Source: Lytechinus pictus
Lineage: Eukaryota
Reading direction: 5' to 3'
Length of the DNA: 64,000 nt
NCBI RefSeq assembly: GCF_037042905.1
Contig: NC_087263.1
Span: 15,192,001 to 15,256,000 of the forward strand
The stretch's first letter is position 1, and the number at the start of each line of letters is the position of its first letter. Positions 13,573 through 26,614 of this stretch are shown here, piece by piece. A program made the translations under genes and the position numbers. The notes beneath the pieces are model-generated. The model was not told the DNA's origin. It worked only from the letters and a program-made list of their open reading frames with translations, and did not search any database.

Positions 13573-16500
13573 CGGGGTACTCCGGGCTGAAAATATTTAT
13601 ATCTAAATAAGTAGAGTTAAACTCACAGAGCAAAATCTGATAACAAATAGCAAAGTTATTGAATTTTGAAGTTAACCCTTTGCGTGCGACGGGGCCCAGC
13701 GAGTCGTTCACTTAGCTACGACGGGCTTCTACAGAAGCCGAGATATGTTTGGTTTAATTCAATGAAGTTTTTCAGCTTTTTCGTAATTGTTATGTACTAA
13801 AACCTCTGCCACTTTTTCCTTTATAAACCTATTTCGATAACAGATTGAAAAAAATATACAGCTACGTGGGGAAAAATCCCGAAAATACGAAATCATTTCA
13901 ACTTTACCCGATTTTTTCGTTGGAGTCTGACGGGGAAGATAAATTTTGTGACGAGCACGTACGCGCGCGCACAAGGCCTGATCACGTGATTTGTTCTGAT
14001 CACGTGATTTGATCCATATCGTTGTTCTGATAGATATATACGCTAACATCTTTTCTGCAAGATCGTCACGTAATAAGCTACGCGTTTATTCACCATTTTC
14101 GTCTTATTTGTGTCATCAAGAAGATATCACTCTAGATAGAATGATATCTCCTTGGTTTCATCGATCGATTGTATTTTCAGAAAAACAAAAAGCTTGTAAT
14201 GTCTTAGTACTTTGAGCTGATCTCGGTGCACTTTTGAAATTTTTCCCTCCCCATCATCCCCCTTCTTATTATTTTTGTCTACTATTCTGAAAAAACGAGA
14301 AAAGAAAGCAGTTAAGCACACCATTCATCTTCTGCTCTTTTCAAAAGGGAAACGTCCATGTAGTTCATGATATCGGCACTACCCGAACAAAAGAATGTCT
14401 GGGCGGCCACTCAAACAAATTCCTTCCGAAAAGAGCAGGATACAGATGGTCAACGCCCCGAACAAAAGGAAGATTAGTGTTTATCGGCAGGATGACCCAT
14501 TGGATGCTTTTCGTACTTAGCAATACAAAAAGCATTTATTTCGACCAACATACCGTATCTAAAAAAAAATTGTCTCATTTACCGACAACACAGGTGCTTA
14601 TGACATCCGTCAGTGATTCATTTTGCATAAAAGCGCTACCCCTGGGTGATGATGCATATAAGGATGAACGAATAATCATTTAGGGAAATTATAGAAAAAA
14701 TATGATCAGATGTCACGGAGAACGAGAGTGAATGAGAGACAGAGACAAAAGGGGGAATAGACAAGTGCGCTTTTGCTAAAATTCCATGAATATCAACTTA
14801 AACGAATAACAACATGACTTTATTTTTTGGTTAGATTACTTTAAAAAAATCCTACAACGTTTGTTTGTCGCAACTCAGTCCCCAGACCCTTGCCAAAGTG
14901 ATGACTTTTTATCATTATTCTTGCTTGACCCTGCCCCCCCCCCCCCAGATGGAAATGTTCTGACCTACACTCTAATATTGCTTGTTTGTCTCCTCTCTCC
15001 GATTTTCTGTTTTTAATTGCGAGTAACGCGGTAGAAAAGATAAGAATAAAGACCGTCCTGGCCAGTTTTTTCCCCCTTACGACCAAAAAAAAAATCGCAT
15101 TTGGGGCGCTTACCATGGTTAGCATCTAAACCAAAATATTTGGAAAAAGATGTTATACAGGGACAGCAAGGTTTTTTTTATGGTGCAGGGGTTGAGCTGT
15201 GGGACGGGGGTGAAGCGGCTAAAAAAAAATCACAATTTGTTAATTCATGTCATTTTACAGAATGAATTTATAATAGGTTAGGTTTTAGAAGCTCTTCATC
15301 TTATTTCCTTTTCTCTCCCATTGAAAACTTTTGCATTGAAAAGTTGCCGGAAACATAATCACTACAAATGATAATACCAATAATGAACTAAACGTTTCCT
15401 CACGCGAAATGGAGGAAATAGAATGATACAGGATGATAAATTGTTTGTCTGGCGTGTCACCCGATAGAACCCTCTCAATCCTACAAACTTTTATTCACGT
15501 GTGACCTACATCCCCCCCCCAAAAAAAAAAAATAATGTTGATACCGACCCAAATTTTATTGATTTTCCTACTTTTTCGCCAATTTCTTTCTTCTTCTTTT
15601 TTTACCAGCGAATAGCGTGGTAGAAAAGATTCATAGAGGAAAACAAATTGTTTCCGTTACTGCAAACAAACATTTGGGGCGCTTACCCTGGTTGGCATCA
15701 AAACCAAAATATCTGATTTTTTAAAATAAAAAACAAGGGCCACTGAGCGTTTTTGATAATGGAGGGGTTGAGCTGAATGTGGGAGGGAGTGGACCGGCCA
15801 AAAAAAATCATAAATTTATATAGACTTCGGATTTTTTGTGTACATGCTTGCTGAAAGGGGTGAGGACTGAAACTTCCTACCAACTCCGCTGCCTCTGTAC
15901 TATGAGATTGAACGATTAAAACGATAGAGACAAAAATGAATTATAACTATTGTGAATGTTTTTTAATGATTTATTTATTAATTTGTTTTCGGCTGTGAAA
16001 TCAAGGAGACAATATAACAAAACGAAGGAGATAATCGAACAAAACGAAAGAACAAATAAAAAAAAAACTTATGATTACGGATGCTATAATTTATTCAAGA
16101 AAAATTACTTTCTCTTACTTTCAGTAATTGCTATCATGGCTCTTTTTGAGGGAATAGTAAGATAAAGAAAGAAACGTAGAAAGTGACAAGAAGAGAGTTG
16201 GAAGGTATGATTTCAGACTAACAATTTTAGTCACTTTTATTCCTTTTAACACTTTGAAATAATTTCAGGATATTACAAATCGAATACAGGTGCGCAAACT
16301 TCAGGTACAAAATTGTTTTATCATTATAATAGCTGCGTGGAAAATCGAATTAAATGAGACTGAGACATATAATTTATGAAAAAATCTAAAAAAGAAAATT
16401 ACTTTTAGTGAAAGATTGAGGCCTCTGTCTTGCTATAACCCTAAGCCCCAAGTTCACAAAAAAATAGTTTAGTTGTGCATTTTTATACGATGATGATGTT

Positions 16501-19156
16501 ATCAATATAGAAAATGGAAGATGATATAGAATTTATTGTGAAATGACAGTTACAAAAGTAATTTTAAAAGGTTTTTCGAGACATTATTTGAGAAACTGGG
16601 GGAAAAAACCCCAAAATTTCGACTTGATGACCACGATGCAATAGTACGAGAGGCCCAAAAATCCAACCATCTCCGATACAAGTTGGCAAAAACGAGGCAT
16701 TCTCTCGGAACCGTTTCCGATGAAGAGAGAGAGGGGGGAGACGTTAGATGTAATCTAAAACGACAGGTACTGAGAAGAAAAAATCAGAAAGGATTGAGGG
16801 GGATGGGGGCGGGTATATACCTCGTAATCCAAATCGGGAAGAAGGAAGACGATACAGATACAATTTAAATGAGAAGAACTCAGAGAAAAAAAGGTGTAGA
16901 AGGGCATGAAGGGAGGGGATATAGAAAGACGATAGATATAAGGGAATGAAAGGGGTAGATAATACATTCGGTTACAGGTTAGAAATCAAAGAAAGGGAAA
17001 ACGAGGAAAACCCTTATTGGTACCGTTTTATAAATACATTATACATGTACATTTTATATTGACAAATGCGCAATAATTTAAACAAATTTACCATCCGCCA
17101 GTCAAATAGAAGGATTTCAGTAGCTTTCAAGTGTTATTGAAAATTTGTAAACAAATATTATATAAAACGGGCCCCTGGTAAATTTTTGAACCCCCCCCCC
17201 CCCCCCCCCCGCTTTCTCTCGTTCTCTCATCCGATATTGCTCTTATTTTTTTCTTCTATTTCAAAGGAAACAAACAGAAAATAAAGGAATTTAGAACACC
17301 GTTTATCCTCTGCTCTTTTGAAAATGAAAACGTCCATGCAGTTCTTGGTCTCGGCACTCCCCAAACAAAAAGAAAGTCATGGCGGACGCTCAAACAAATT
17401 CCTTATGAAAAGAGCATGGGGACAAATAGCCAACGCCCTGAATAAAAGGAAGATTAGTATATCCACCTAAAAAAACATGTTTGTTTGACGTGTCCCGACA
17501 AACCCCTCTCAATCTTACACCTACCCCTCCCCCTAAAAATGTTATTAATTTTTTCGCCAGTTTCTTTCTCCTTTTTTTTTTGGTCTTTTGTTTTTCTGGC
17601 GAATAGCGTAGCAGAAAAGGATCCATATAAAAAAAAAATAAAGACAGGTTGACCTTATATTTTTTTGGGGGGCGCTTACCCTGGTGAGAATCAACACCCA
17701 AATATTTGAAAAAGATGTATAAATAAATTTAATTTAGATGCTACAATTTCAATAGATAAAAATAATTTACTTTCTCTCATTGTGACGAACAGTAATCGGT
17801 AACATGGTTATTTTGGAGGGAAAAGGGAGATAGAAAAATGAAACGTAGAACGAGACGAGGAGAGCGTTGGTGGGAGGTATGATTCCAGATCCACTATTTG
17901 AGTCACATTTACCCCCTTCGCTCTTTGAAATTGCAACAGGAAAACAAATCGAAGACTGGTATGCAATCTTCAGGAACAAAATTATTTTTTTTACAAACTA
18001 TAATTCATGAAAAGAAGAAACCAAAGACGATTTTTAGTGAAACATTGAGGCCACCGTCTTAAAGCCCAGAAGCCAAAAATCACAAAATAGTTTCGGACTT
18101 TCGTTGCGCAGCATCATCATCGTACTTGCAAGGGAATATTCACCCTTTTTTATTCATTCTGGAAAATAAAGGTATTTGGTATGCTGTGATTTCACCCAAA
18201 ACGGATTATCGTCGTAATTATACACTTTGCAAATGATCTGTATACAAGGGGGTAAAGAGACCATTCATGAGTAGCGTGACAATAGGCAATGAAAAAAAGC
18301 ACCAGAGCAGACAACAAATCGGTATCGATCGAACCCGACTTGTCCATGCGTGCTGATTGCCCTTACGCATTTTTGTACACAGTGCCTATTGACTTGGGAA
18401 AAAGCGAAGATTTTACAAAATAACACGACTTTTTCCTCGTAAATTTCTTAACTATTCTGTTGATTTGAGACGCGAGACCTTTAGTTCTAAAAAGAAAAAT
18501 GTCTGATCTTTCATCTTTACATTTACTAAAAGTCCTGAAAATACTTCAGTTTGGCGCAATTAGCAATAGATTAGGAAAATACCGCCACAGATCCAAATAC
18601 CAGCAATGTACAAAAACGGCTCCGCCGCAGGGAGAGGTATCCGGTTTCGCGGGCCCGCACGCAAAGGGTTAAGCATTATTTGGTGAAAATAGGTATATGC
18701 ATGTTATCACAAATATTCATTAGGTGGGCTGATGATGTCACATCTCCACTTTCCTTTTTCTTATGTTATTACATGAAATCATAATTGTTTAATTTTTCAT
18801 ACATGTGTGAATAATGTGTCTCCTTTATAATGAAATAAGTTGTAGCAATGAATATCTAAATATGCACTATAACAGTTGTCAATCCAATTTTTTCAGTTCT
18901 TGGTAGAAAAAACTTGAACAAACCTAATTTCATATAATAAAATACAAAAGAACAAGTGGGGATATGACATCATCAATTTGCTCATTGAATATTCATAAAC
19001 ACATGCCTGGCACTGTTTCATAAGAATAATGCAAATCTTTTAAATGCCATAACTTTGTTATTCCGTGTTCCAATTTTGATCAAATTTTCAGTGTTTCGTT
19101 TGTCTGATTTTTCTTTATCTGTTTAAATCATATTATTTTCAGTCCAGAGCATCCCT
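13573..19156. mobile_element. Kolobok-type MITE (~590 bp) split by a 5-kb insertion
   Basis: ttaa|cggggtactccgggctg ... cagtccagagcatccct|ataa. The pieces 13573-13675 and 18673-19156 reconstruct the family of 27448-28027, with the centre in opposite orientation. Confidence 0.85.
13676..18668. mobile_element. 4993-bp non-autonomous piggyBac-type DNA transposon
   Basis: TTAA at 13672-13675 and 18669-18672; perfect 13-bp TIR ccctttgcgtgcg / cgcacgcaaaggg. No transposase-length ORF in the ORF track; interior built of diverged direct repeats. Confidence 0.9.
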
Positions 19157-19214
19157 ATAACAAGAGAGTCTGAGAAATCTCTTTTTAAAACGTAAGAGAA
19201 AAGCAAGATACTGA

Positions 19215-19500
19215 CAGAAAAGAAGATTCTGTTTCATTTCTTGCTGTGTAAATGTTCAGCCATTGTTTTTCTTATCACATGTAGATATGAAGGTATTTTG
19301 ATCAAACTGCAAAAATGGTTCAATACAAATACAGAGGGAGCTATTCATATTTCCTGAGAGAGAGAAAATCTGCAAAGATATGGTGAGATATATGAGGAAC
19401 CACCTTTAAAAAAAAGGCACAACAGTATGAACATAAACCATCGAGAAGCCAAAGAGGGAGACATTTCAACTGACTGAGTCTCCACATTAATTAATATCTG
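19215..19500 (+). repeat. Copy 2 of the diverged ~290-bp local duplication
   Basis: Colinear similarity to 13275-13568. Confidence 0.85.
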
Positions 19501-19539
19501 AGATATTTGTAAGATTTATTCCCTGAGCAGGTTTTCCAA

Positions 19540-19555
19540 ACACCAGAGGGCACTC
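19540..19555 (+). promoter_or_regulatory. Candidate CTCF-like motif
   Basis: acaccagagggcactc resembles the CTCF core CCASYAGRKGGCRS, with a mismatch at the first base. Confidence 0.35.
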
Positions 19556-20319
19556 TCCAGAACCATATTTTTTGTATATTGATTCCTAGAGGAAAATTAT
19601 TTGTTGGTATGTTGGTTGCACGGGTTGTAGTGTTTTTATGTCAAATTCATCAATGTCTACTGTTCTTCTTTATTGAAAAAAATGTTTGTCAATGTCCCTT
19701 TAATTACATTTCCTGTTAAACATTAGAAAGTTACAGAAAATAATAATCCTTTTTCATTCTCTAATGCTTGTTATCATTGTGCTTTGCTTGAAAGAGTTGG
19801 GGAAAATACGAAAACAAAAGTAATCAAATAAAGAAATAAACATAATGTACAATTTGTTCTTGATTGAATTTGTCAATTTTATTTAGATTACATATAAACC
19901 AACAATGAAAAGATTAACCATACTTTTTTCAAGTTAAGAAAAAAAATACTTAAACTGGTTTCTCTCTCTTCTCTACGCATTTCTCTGTGTGTTTACGAAT
20001 TTAACATTTTCAATTGGCTGCTACTTGTTAATTATATTCCAAAAAAATTTGTCCTTTTAACTTGCAATGTAAAAGAAATAAATTTTAATGTATTGTTACC
20101 TTGATCATATTCATGCAGAGATTTTCTTCTAACTTCTGAAAATTTGACAAGGAATTTACAGACAACCAGATACAGAAACAATAACTTGCCATTTTTTATA
20201 TTATTGACTTAACACAGAAGGCACACTTTCACATATGAAGATACTCATATTGACGAGCCAATCTGCTTATCATGTGTACAGCTCCAGGATTTTCTATTCC
20301 AATGCATTTCAAATTTGTC

Positions 20320-20465
20320 CTGTGCCCCGCCACTAGCCTTTGCTTTCAGGGGTCTTACGCCTTCTTCTGTCAACATAACAGGTACTTATTTATGTTCTTC
20401 ATGACAAACTGATTTTTGTATGAACTTTACGAAATGGAAGAAAATAAATGTTTAATTGAATTGAA
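20320..20465 (+). mobile_element. Probable LINE 3' end remnant
   Basis: Hairpin-like cccc..agcctttgct..gggg followed by aataaa and a (TTGAA)n-like tail; interrupts an old local repeat. Confidence 0.4.
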
Positions 20466-20555
20466 GAAAAAGAGGGTAAGCTCTCACCTCTGAAAATGCT
20501 CACTGACGAACACATGTGCTCATGAATCGTACAGCTCCAGGATCTTCTATTTTAA

Positions 20556-21139
20556 AGGAGAATGAAACTCTTGGAGCAAGTTAGCTTTTGTGAAAGCAGA
20601 AAAATCAAAGAATAAGATCAACAAAAGTTTGAGTAAAATAGGACTAGCAATAGAAGAGTTATGAGCATTTGAATGTCGAGATCACTAATGCTATGGAGAT
20701 CCTCCCATTGGCAACGCAACCAAGATCTATGATATCACAGATGAACAACTCTCCCGTTTTAGACACTGAAAATATACCCCAAAACATCTCTTTTTGCTCA
20801 TTCTAATCATATGACAAACGATTCATCAATGATATAATGTTGTGAAACCTCTGTACTTGTCCTCTCATAAAGAGAACACCTCACCTTGTGATAGATTCTA
20901 TATAAGTGAGAATATAAGTGAAATAAGTACTAAAGCAATGAGGGAGTTGTACGTGTGTGACATCACAGATCTTGGTCGCATTGCCAATGGGAGGATCTAC
21001 ATGGCATTAGTGATTTCAATATTCAAATGCTCATAACTTTCTTATTATTCATTCAATCTTCCTCAAACTTTCAACAATATGTTTCTTTGATTTTTCTCTT
21101 TGATATGGATTCAGCTGGTTTCAAGGGTTTCATTCTCCT
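20556..21139. mobile_element. Kolobok-type MITE, TTAA TSD
   Basis: ttaa|aggagaatgaaac ... gtttcattctcct|ttaa; long subterminal inverted repeat (~20655-20760 vs ~20940-21045). Confidence 0.92.
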
Positions 21140-21490
21140 TTAATGTATTTCCATTTTCTTGTGAATTGGCAAGTGTGTCACCTCAACTAACAACAGAGGG
21201 CTCACTTTCACTTTGAAAGACACTGACATTGACAAAGCAATTGGCTTCTGAGTTGGATGACCATGTTTTTATCCTTTTGTAAAGCTCTTTCGTGTTCATT
21301 CAGGAACAAATATTCAAACATTCTCTGAATGAGTAGTGTTGGTGATACTTTACCTGATTGCTAAAAAAGCATTAATTCTTGTAAGCAAGCAACCAGAGGA
21401 CCAAAGGATTAAGGTCCTCTCCAAGGGACCTGCATAGGGACTAACGCAAAAAGTTGGAAATTAACCAGTGCAACCGGAATCCGAACCCCC

Positions 21491-23120
21491 CACTGGCGTA
21501 AATCCGTGTTGATGGGTGGGGGGGATGACTGAAATATTTTGGCTTTTTTTTTGCAATCATGTTTTTAGATATGCAAGGAATTGTCATTGATATGTCCACA
21601 GTGGCGTACCGTGGGTCACGGCATTGGGGGGGGGGGGCACCAGCAAAATGTTTGAATCACTGAGTGAGTGCGCTAGTGAACGCGCTCAGTTGCCAGTTAT
21701 ACTGACCTAATAGAGACATTTTAAGGACAATGTCATTAAACGGATATGTATCTCACTGATCAAATAATGCGAGCGCGAAGCGCGAGCTGAATTTTTTTTT
21801 AAATTCACAACTAAAAAGGGACATTATAATCAAATTTGTGTAGTCATGATAGGTACCTGTCTCGCTAAACATTGCGAGCGCGAAGCGCGAGCTGAAAATT
21901 TAGATAATTCAGACCTGAAGTGGGGCATTCTAAGTTTTCTTTGTAGGAATTAACTAGGACCATACGTATTTCATTAACCAAATGATGCGAGCGCGAAGCG
22001 CGAGCTGAAAATTTTTGATATTTAGATCAGAAGAAGGGACATTTTAAGGACTGATTTTAGGAATTCATGAAGAGCAGACATATCTCACCAATCCACTAAT
22101 GCGAACGTAATCACGGACAGGAAATGTTTCATATATACGAAGACCTTTACATAGGGCAATCACTTTTTGAGTCATGAAAAAGAAGCATATGTCACTACAT
22201 AAAACAATGATAACTATTCAATTTCAATTCAATTTAATATGTCTGCTCTTCATGAATTCCTAAAATTAGTCCTTTAAATTTCCCTTCTTCTGATCTGAAT
22301 ATCAAAAATTCAATTTTCGATTTCAATTCAATTTATTCAAATAACTCAAGTGCTAGGAAATATATTTGGTTATTATTGACTTGAAAACGGGATGTTTTAG
22401 TACAACTGGATTATATATCTCGTTAAACAGACAATGCGAGCACCAGGAACAATGAAGACATAGGCCCTGGGCAAATTATGTTTCATAAAGTTATGATAAA
22501 AATGTTTCTTATGTAATGTAACATAACATAATTATAATATAATATAACATTATAATGAATAATATTTTCTTCTTTCCCACTACGTTTTTCTTCCTTTCTC
22601 CCTCTTTTCTCCTTTTTCCCCCTTTCCCCGTTTTTTTTTGGTCAGCCGATGGGGGGGGGGGGGATGTGCCCCCCATGCCCCCCGTAGTTACGTCACTGTA
22701 TGTCCATATGGCAAATACCTCTCCAATGTTATCTTTTTTACCCCATGATGGTTTAATGGTTTTATCGATTACATTCAAAAAATTTTGACATTCCATCTTA
22801 ATCCCTTCCCAAAGACCCCAACGTTGATGAAATGGAAGAAACGGGGGTTTCTCTTCAATGTAATAATAAGGACATAAGTATTTCGTTTGGAAATTGTGAA
22901 CTGGCTCTTTATTTGCATTTTATGATTCAATAATATTGTTTTATTTGTTAAGCGGTATTTTAGGAAGAATTTTAACCAATAAAACAATTATCTCTTGTGA
23001 TTTTTTTTTTCATTTCTTTCGTAAAAAGTGGGGGGGGGGATGTTTGTACAGGCCATCCCCCCCTCCTCGAAAAGTGGGGGGGATATATCCCCCCCATCCC
23101 CCCCGGGATTTACGCCAGTG
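21491..23120. mobile_element. Non-autonomous DNA element with 15-bp TIR cactggcgtaaatcc
   Basis: cactggcgtaaatcc (21491) / ggatttacgccagtg (ends 23120); inserted in a C run, so the TSD length is ambiguous. Confidence 0.85.
21599..22698. mobile_element. Non-autonomous hAT-type element, 8-bp TSD TATGTCCA
   Basis: tatgtcca|cagtggcgta ... tacgtcactg|tatgtcca; internal ~110-bp repeats with the core tgcgagcgcgaagcgcgagctgaa. Confidence 0.93.
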
Positions 23121-23826
23121 CCCCACAATATTGACTGAGCTCACGCCTCCTTCAATGCTTAAATGATAAAATAATAAAGTAAAAAAAATTATTAAAATAC
23201 TAGTGAATCATTCAGCTCAGTCATGAAAAGGGGTTATCCCTCCCATTTTTAAGTGAATGTTCGCCAGAACAACAAGTTGGCCTAAAATGCAACATATTAG
23301 AGATGAAAGAACAACTGTTATGTTTATTTCTACAAGTTTGGTTTGGGGCTTATCTCTAATGGCTACCCTCAGTGTGCTTGCTCTATTGCAGAGATTTCAT
23401 CATATTATAAGTTTTGTTTGCAAAAACTTACGTAGATCTGCAATGATATGGCATAATGCATAACTGATTTTTTTCATAAAGTTTTTGCATGCCCCAGGTA
23501 CATGGGTTTAGCTTAAGTCCCCTTTACAATCTGCAACAGAAAATAATTTCATGTTGACATTTGAGATTATAGCGATTCCATTGAAAGCACTTACCCCCTA
23601 CAGCCAAACCAGTTGACTCCACAGGTTTAATTGTGATAGTACATATTTCTTTCATGATCCATTCAATAATCCCTGGCCCCTTTCAGACTAGAACCAACTA
23701 ACTATACAGCATATAATCGAGGTTGGTTGATGGTGAAGCGATAAACTTACGCTAAGCGTAAGTGATGCGGCTGATGCGTTATGCAGCTAGACTACAGTGG
23801 GTACAAAGCCGCCACACCTACATGTA

Positions 23827-23870
23827 TAGTCTGCAGGCACAGACCCTGATTGAAACTTTGATTAGCAAGT
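23827..23870 (+). mobile_element. Left-end fragment of the Academ-like MITE
   Basis: tagtctgcaggcacagaccctgattgaaactttgat matches the start of 26890-27056. Confidence 0.75.
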
Positions 23871-24184
23871 ATGACTATTGAAGCAAGACAGAAGTTGCAA
23901 CAGCATAACACAGGTCGAGTTGAAAGTTAAGAAAAAAAACTCAGACCAATAATTTAAAAGACAGAAAGAGGAAGGAGTATTTATCTAGTAGTGGAGTGGT
24001 TTCGTTTTTAGTATTCAGAAATAATTTAGAAATATTATTCAGAGGTCAGGTATGTTTCAGCCTGTTATAATATGGCATGCATGCTGGATGCTTGCCTGAC
24101 TTCGCAGTAAGCATTATTCATTCTACTTTACCAAACTTGACCTCAGTTGATCAAACCCTATGCAATGTCTCTCCCAAAACTATA

Positions 24185-24200
24185 TAGCGCCATCTAGTGG
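24185..24200 (-). promoter_or_regulatory. CTCF consensus motif
   Basis: Minus strand CCACTAGATGGCGCTA matches the canonical CTCF core and lies in non-repetitive context. Confidence 0.55.
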
Positions 24201-24349
24201 GTGATACTGAGAGTTGGTTTTTCAAGATGATCATCGATCATAGAAGAATTATCAGATTTGGCATTGTAACATGTCTAAAGCGATAAAAGAATTGTATTTG
24301 AATTTAAATACTTATGCAAGGCAAATCTTCTCCTATGATTCAACACAAA

Positions 24350-24720
24350 AAACAGTCAAATTGACCAAAACGGTGAACTTTTAGGTCGTTTCAATCATTG
24401 TGACCAGAGAAGTGGAAATCTTGCCTTCTGTACAACAAACAATGACATCAGCATGATTAATCAATGAATTAAATAAGATTGGGGGTAGGCACTATCACAT
24501 TGACCAAAATGTTATGTTTAGCCTTGGGTCATTGCAATAATGTTGACCAATCAAATGACCATTGGGGTGTAAATCTTGATTTTTGTGAGATAAAAAGAAT
24601 TGTAATTCACAACTTCCGGGTAAGGGGTTGCAGTCAAATTAACCTAAGCTGATGTTCAGGTCATTCCAATCATGTTGACCACTTCAGTGATCAATGACAT
24701 GGAAATCTGGCCTTCTTGTG
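24350..24720 (+). repeat. Degenerate tandem array, ~3 x 140-150 bp
   Basis: Recurring cagtcaaattgaccaaaa..ggtc.tt.caat.atgttgacca..gaaatct blocks near 24353, 24500 and 24630. Confidence 0.6.
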
Positions 24721-26257
24721 ATAAACTGTGATGGCACAAATAGTGAAAATAGGAAGAGGCACTTAAAAATCAAAGGTGACAGTTAAATGTGGTTTGGCTT
24801 CTTTGCTTAGATTTTGATACTTTCTATCCTACAGCTTTTATTAAGCATTTTTCAAACAATATCTTTCTTCATCAAACTGCAAGTTATCATCTTTCCCTAT
24901 ACATGCATTGATTCTCCCCTGTGTGAATACATTATACATATATTTTCCCAAGTGTGAACGGGCAGATAATCCATTTCATTATCACAGAATCAGTGCCTCT
25001 AGAGTATTATCCTCCAACGTTTCCAAGGCAAAAAGGTTAATAGCATTGTAACAAGCTTCTATTGTTAAAGGAGAAACACAGCATGAAAATATGATTGTTG
25101 CACAAGTAGAAAATTTTAATTTTAGCAAAAATACATATATACATGTTAGGGTAGCTGAAGCACAATACATAATTAGCAATCTGATGAGTAATGTGACCCC
25201 CCCCCCCCCCCCCAGTCTGGGATAGCTTTCATTTTTACATATAAATAACTGGGTTCATTTAAAAAATATGGCTCAAGTATCCACTTTCTTGATTTGACGC
25301 AAAATAATTCTTTAAAAAGCACTTTAAAGGTCAAAGTAAATCATACAAAATATACCTAAATTAGATTTAATATCATTCAATATAGATATATCCACCATCA
25401 CCATCGGTAGGGCTGGTGTATCCAAAAACAATACATTTTTTAAGAGTACAAAAGTATAAATATAAATTATTCTTGTTTTCTGTAAGTCATGATAAATCAA
25501 TATCTTTTCTTTTCCATGATTAAGACAAGCATGTTGCGTAAATTGTCATTGTTTTCTGATCAATAAAAGCTACCATTTTTTTTCTTTTAAACAATCTAAT
25601 TTTTAAATCTGCCATAACAGCTTTTGTATTGAAGTGTGGACCTGCCCTCTAATGTTCACATTCTTTTCCCCCATAAGTTTCAATTTTATTGAGTTCATAG
25701 AAATTATCCCTGATAATGAAAGTAAAAGTTGAAAGAATGTTTAAACGGCTCTGACCCTTAAAGCCTCCACTAGGCGATTAGCTAACTATGATCAATCAAA
25801 ATATGACATAATGGCTTCGGTTGGGTCCCCATATTTATATCTGTCTTATTTTTCATTTGAATGTGTGGTTTTTTTTAAAGAAATTGGAAATAAGCGAAAT
25901 GAATGAATGAATTAAGTGGTGATGAATGAAGCTTTTGTAAACTACAAAGAACTAATGTGAATTAATATTAATTCTAATTTGGGAAAGAATTCATGAAACT
26001 AGATGAAGTATACAATGTTGGTTGCATCCCCACTCCTTATATTCTTTCTCCCCCCCCCCCCATCTCTCTCTCTCTCTCTGTTTCTTTGCAATAAATAATA
26101 CTCATCCCTTTAATAGTTGAAGCAATCATACCTATGTTTTATCAATAGGTTTATGTTTAACTTCCTTGTTTAGAATGACATGTAATAAACAGCTACCTTG
26201 ATCATTGACAAATATTTATCATTCCTCTAACATAACCAAATACTCAGGTACATTCCT

Positions 26258-26576
26258 ACACGGAAAGAAAATGCTGGTTAAATTGTTTACACAACATTGT
26301 TTGTTATATGAACCATACAGTAGTTATTTAAACAGTTTTGTAAACATGTGTTTAAAATCTTTAACAACAAAGTTTGATTTCAATATCTATTTCTCCATAA
26401 ACCATTATATCAATGGCTCTGAATAGAGTGATCCTTCTGTATCTTTTAAGTGTTTATATGTTTAGTTGTAATATTTTGTACAATGTATTTCGTTGTGACT
26501 TTTAAAGGGTAATTAAAGCCAAACCAATGTAGTAAACATCATTGTATACAATTATAAACAGCGTTTTTACTGAGTA
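26258..26576. mobile_element. Old TA-flanked MITE with CAC-type terminus
   Basis: Left tacacggaaagaaaatgctggttaaattgt vs right reverse complement tactcagtaaaaacgctgtttataattgt. Confidence 0.5.
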
Positions 26577-26614
26577 ATAGCATATTGCCACTTTTAGAAA
26601 AGAAGTATATAGGG

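Larger units (their letters stand above)
21381..23150 (-). mobile_element. tRNA-derived SINE (family B) split by a DNA-transposon nest
   Basis: 21381-21490 plus 23121-23150 match 28071-28243 (gtaagcaagcaaccagaggac...ggaatccgaa.cccc). Confidence 0.65.

Noticed and set aside
13676..18668. Autonomous piggyBac transposase gene
   Set aside because: The longest ORFs are ~100 aa with no recognisable transposase motifs.
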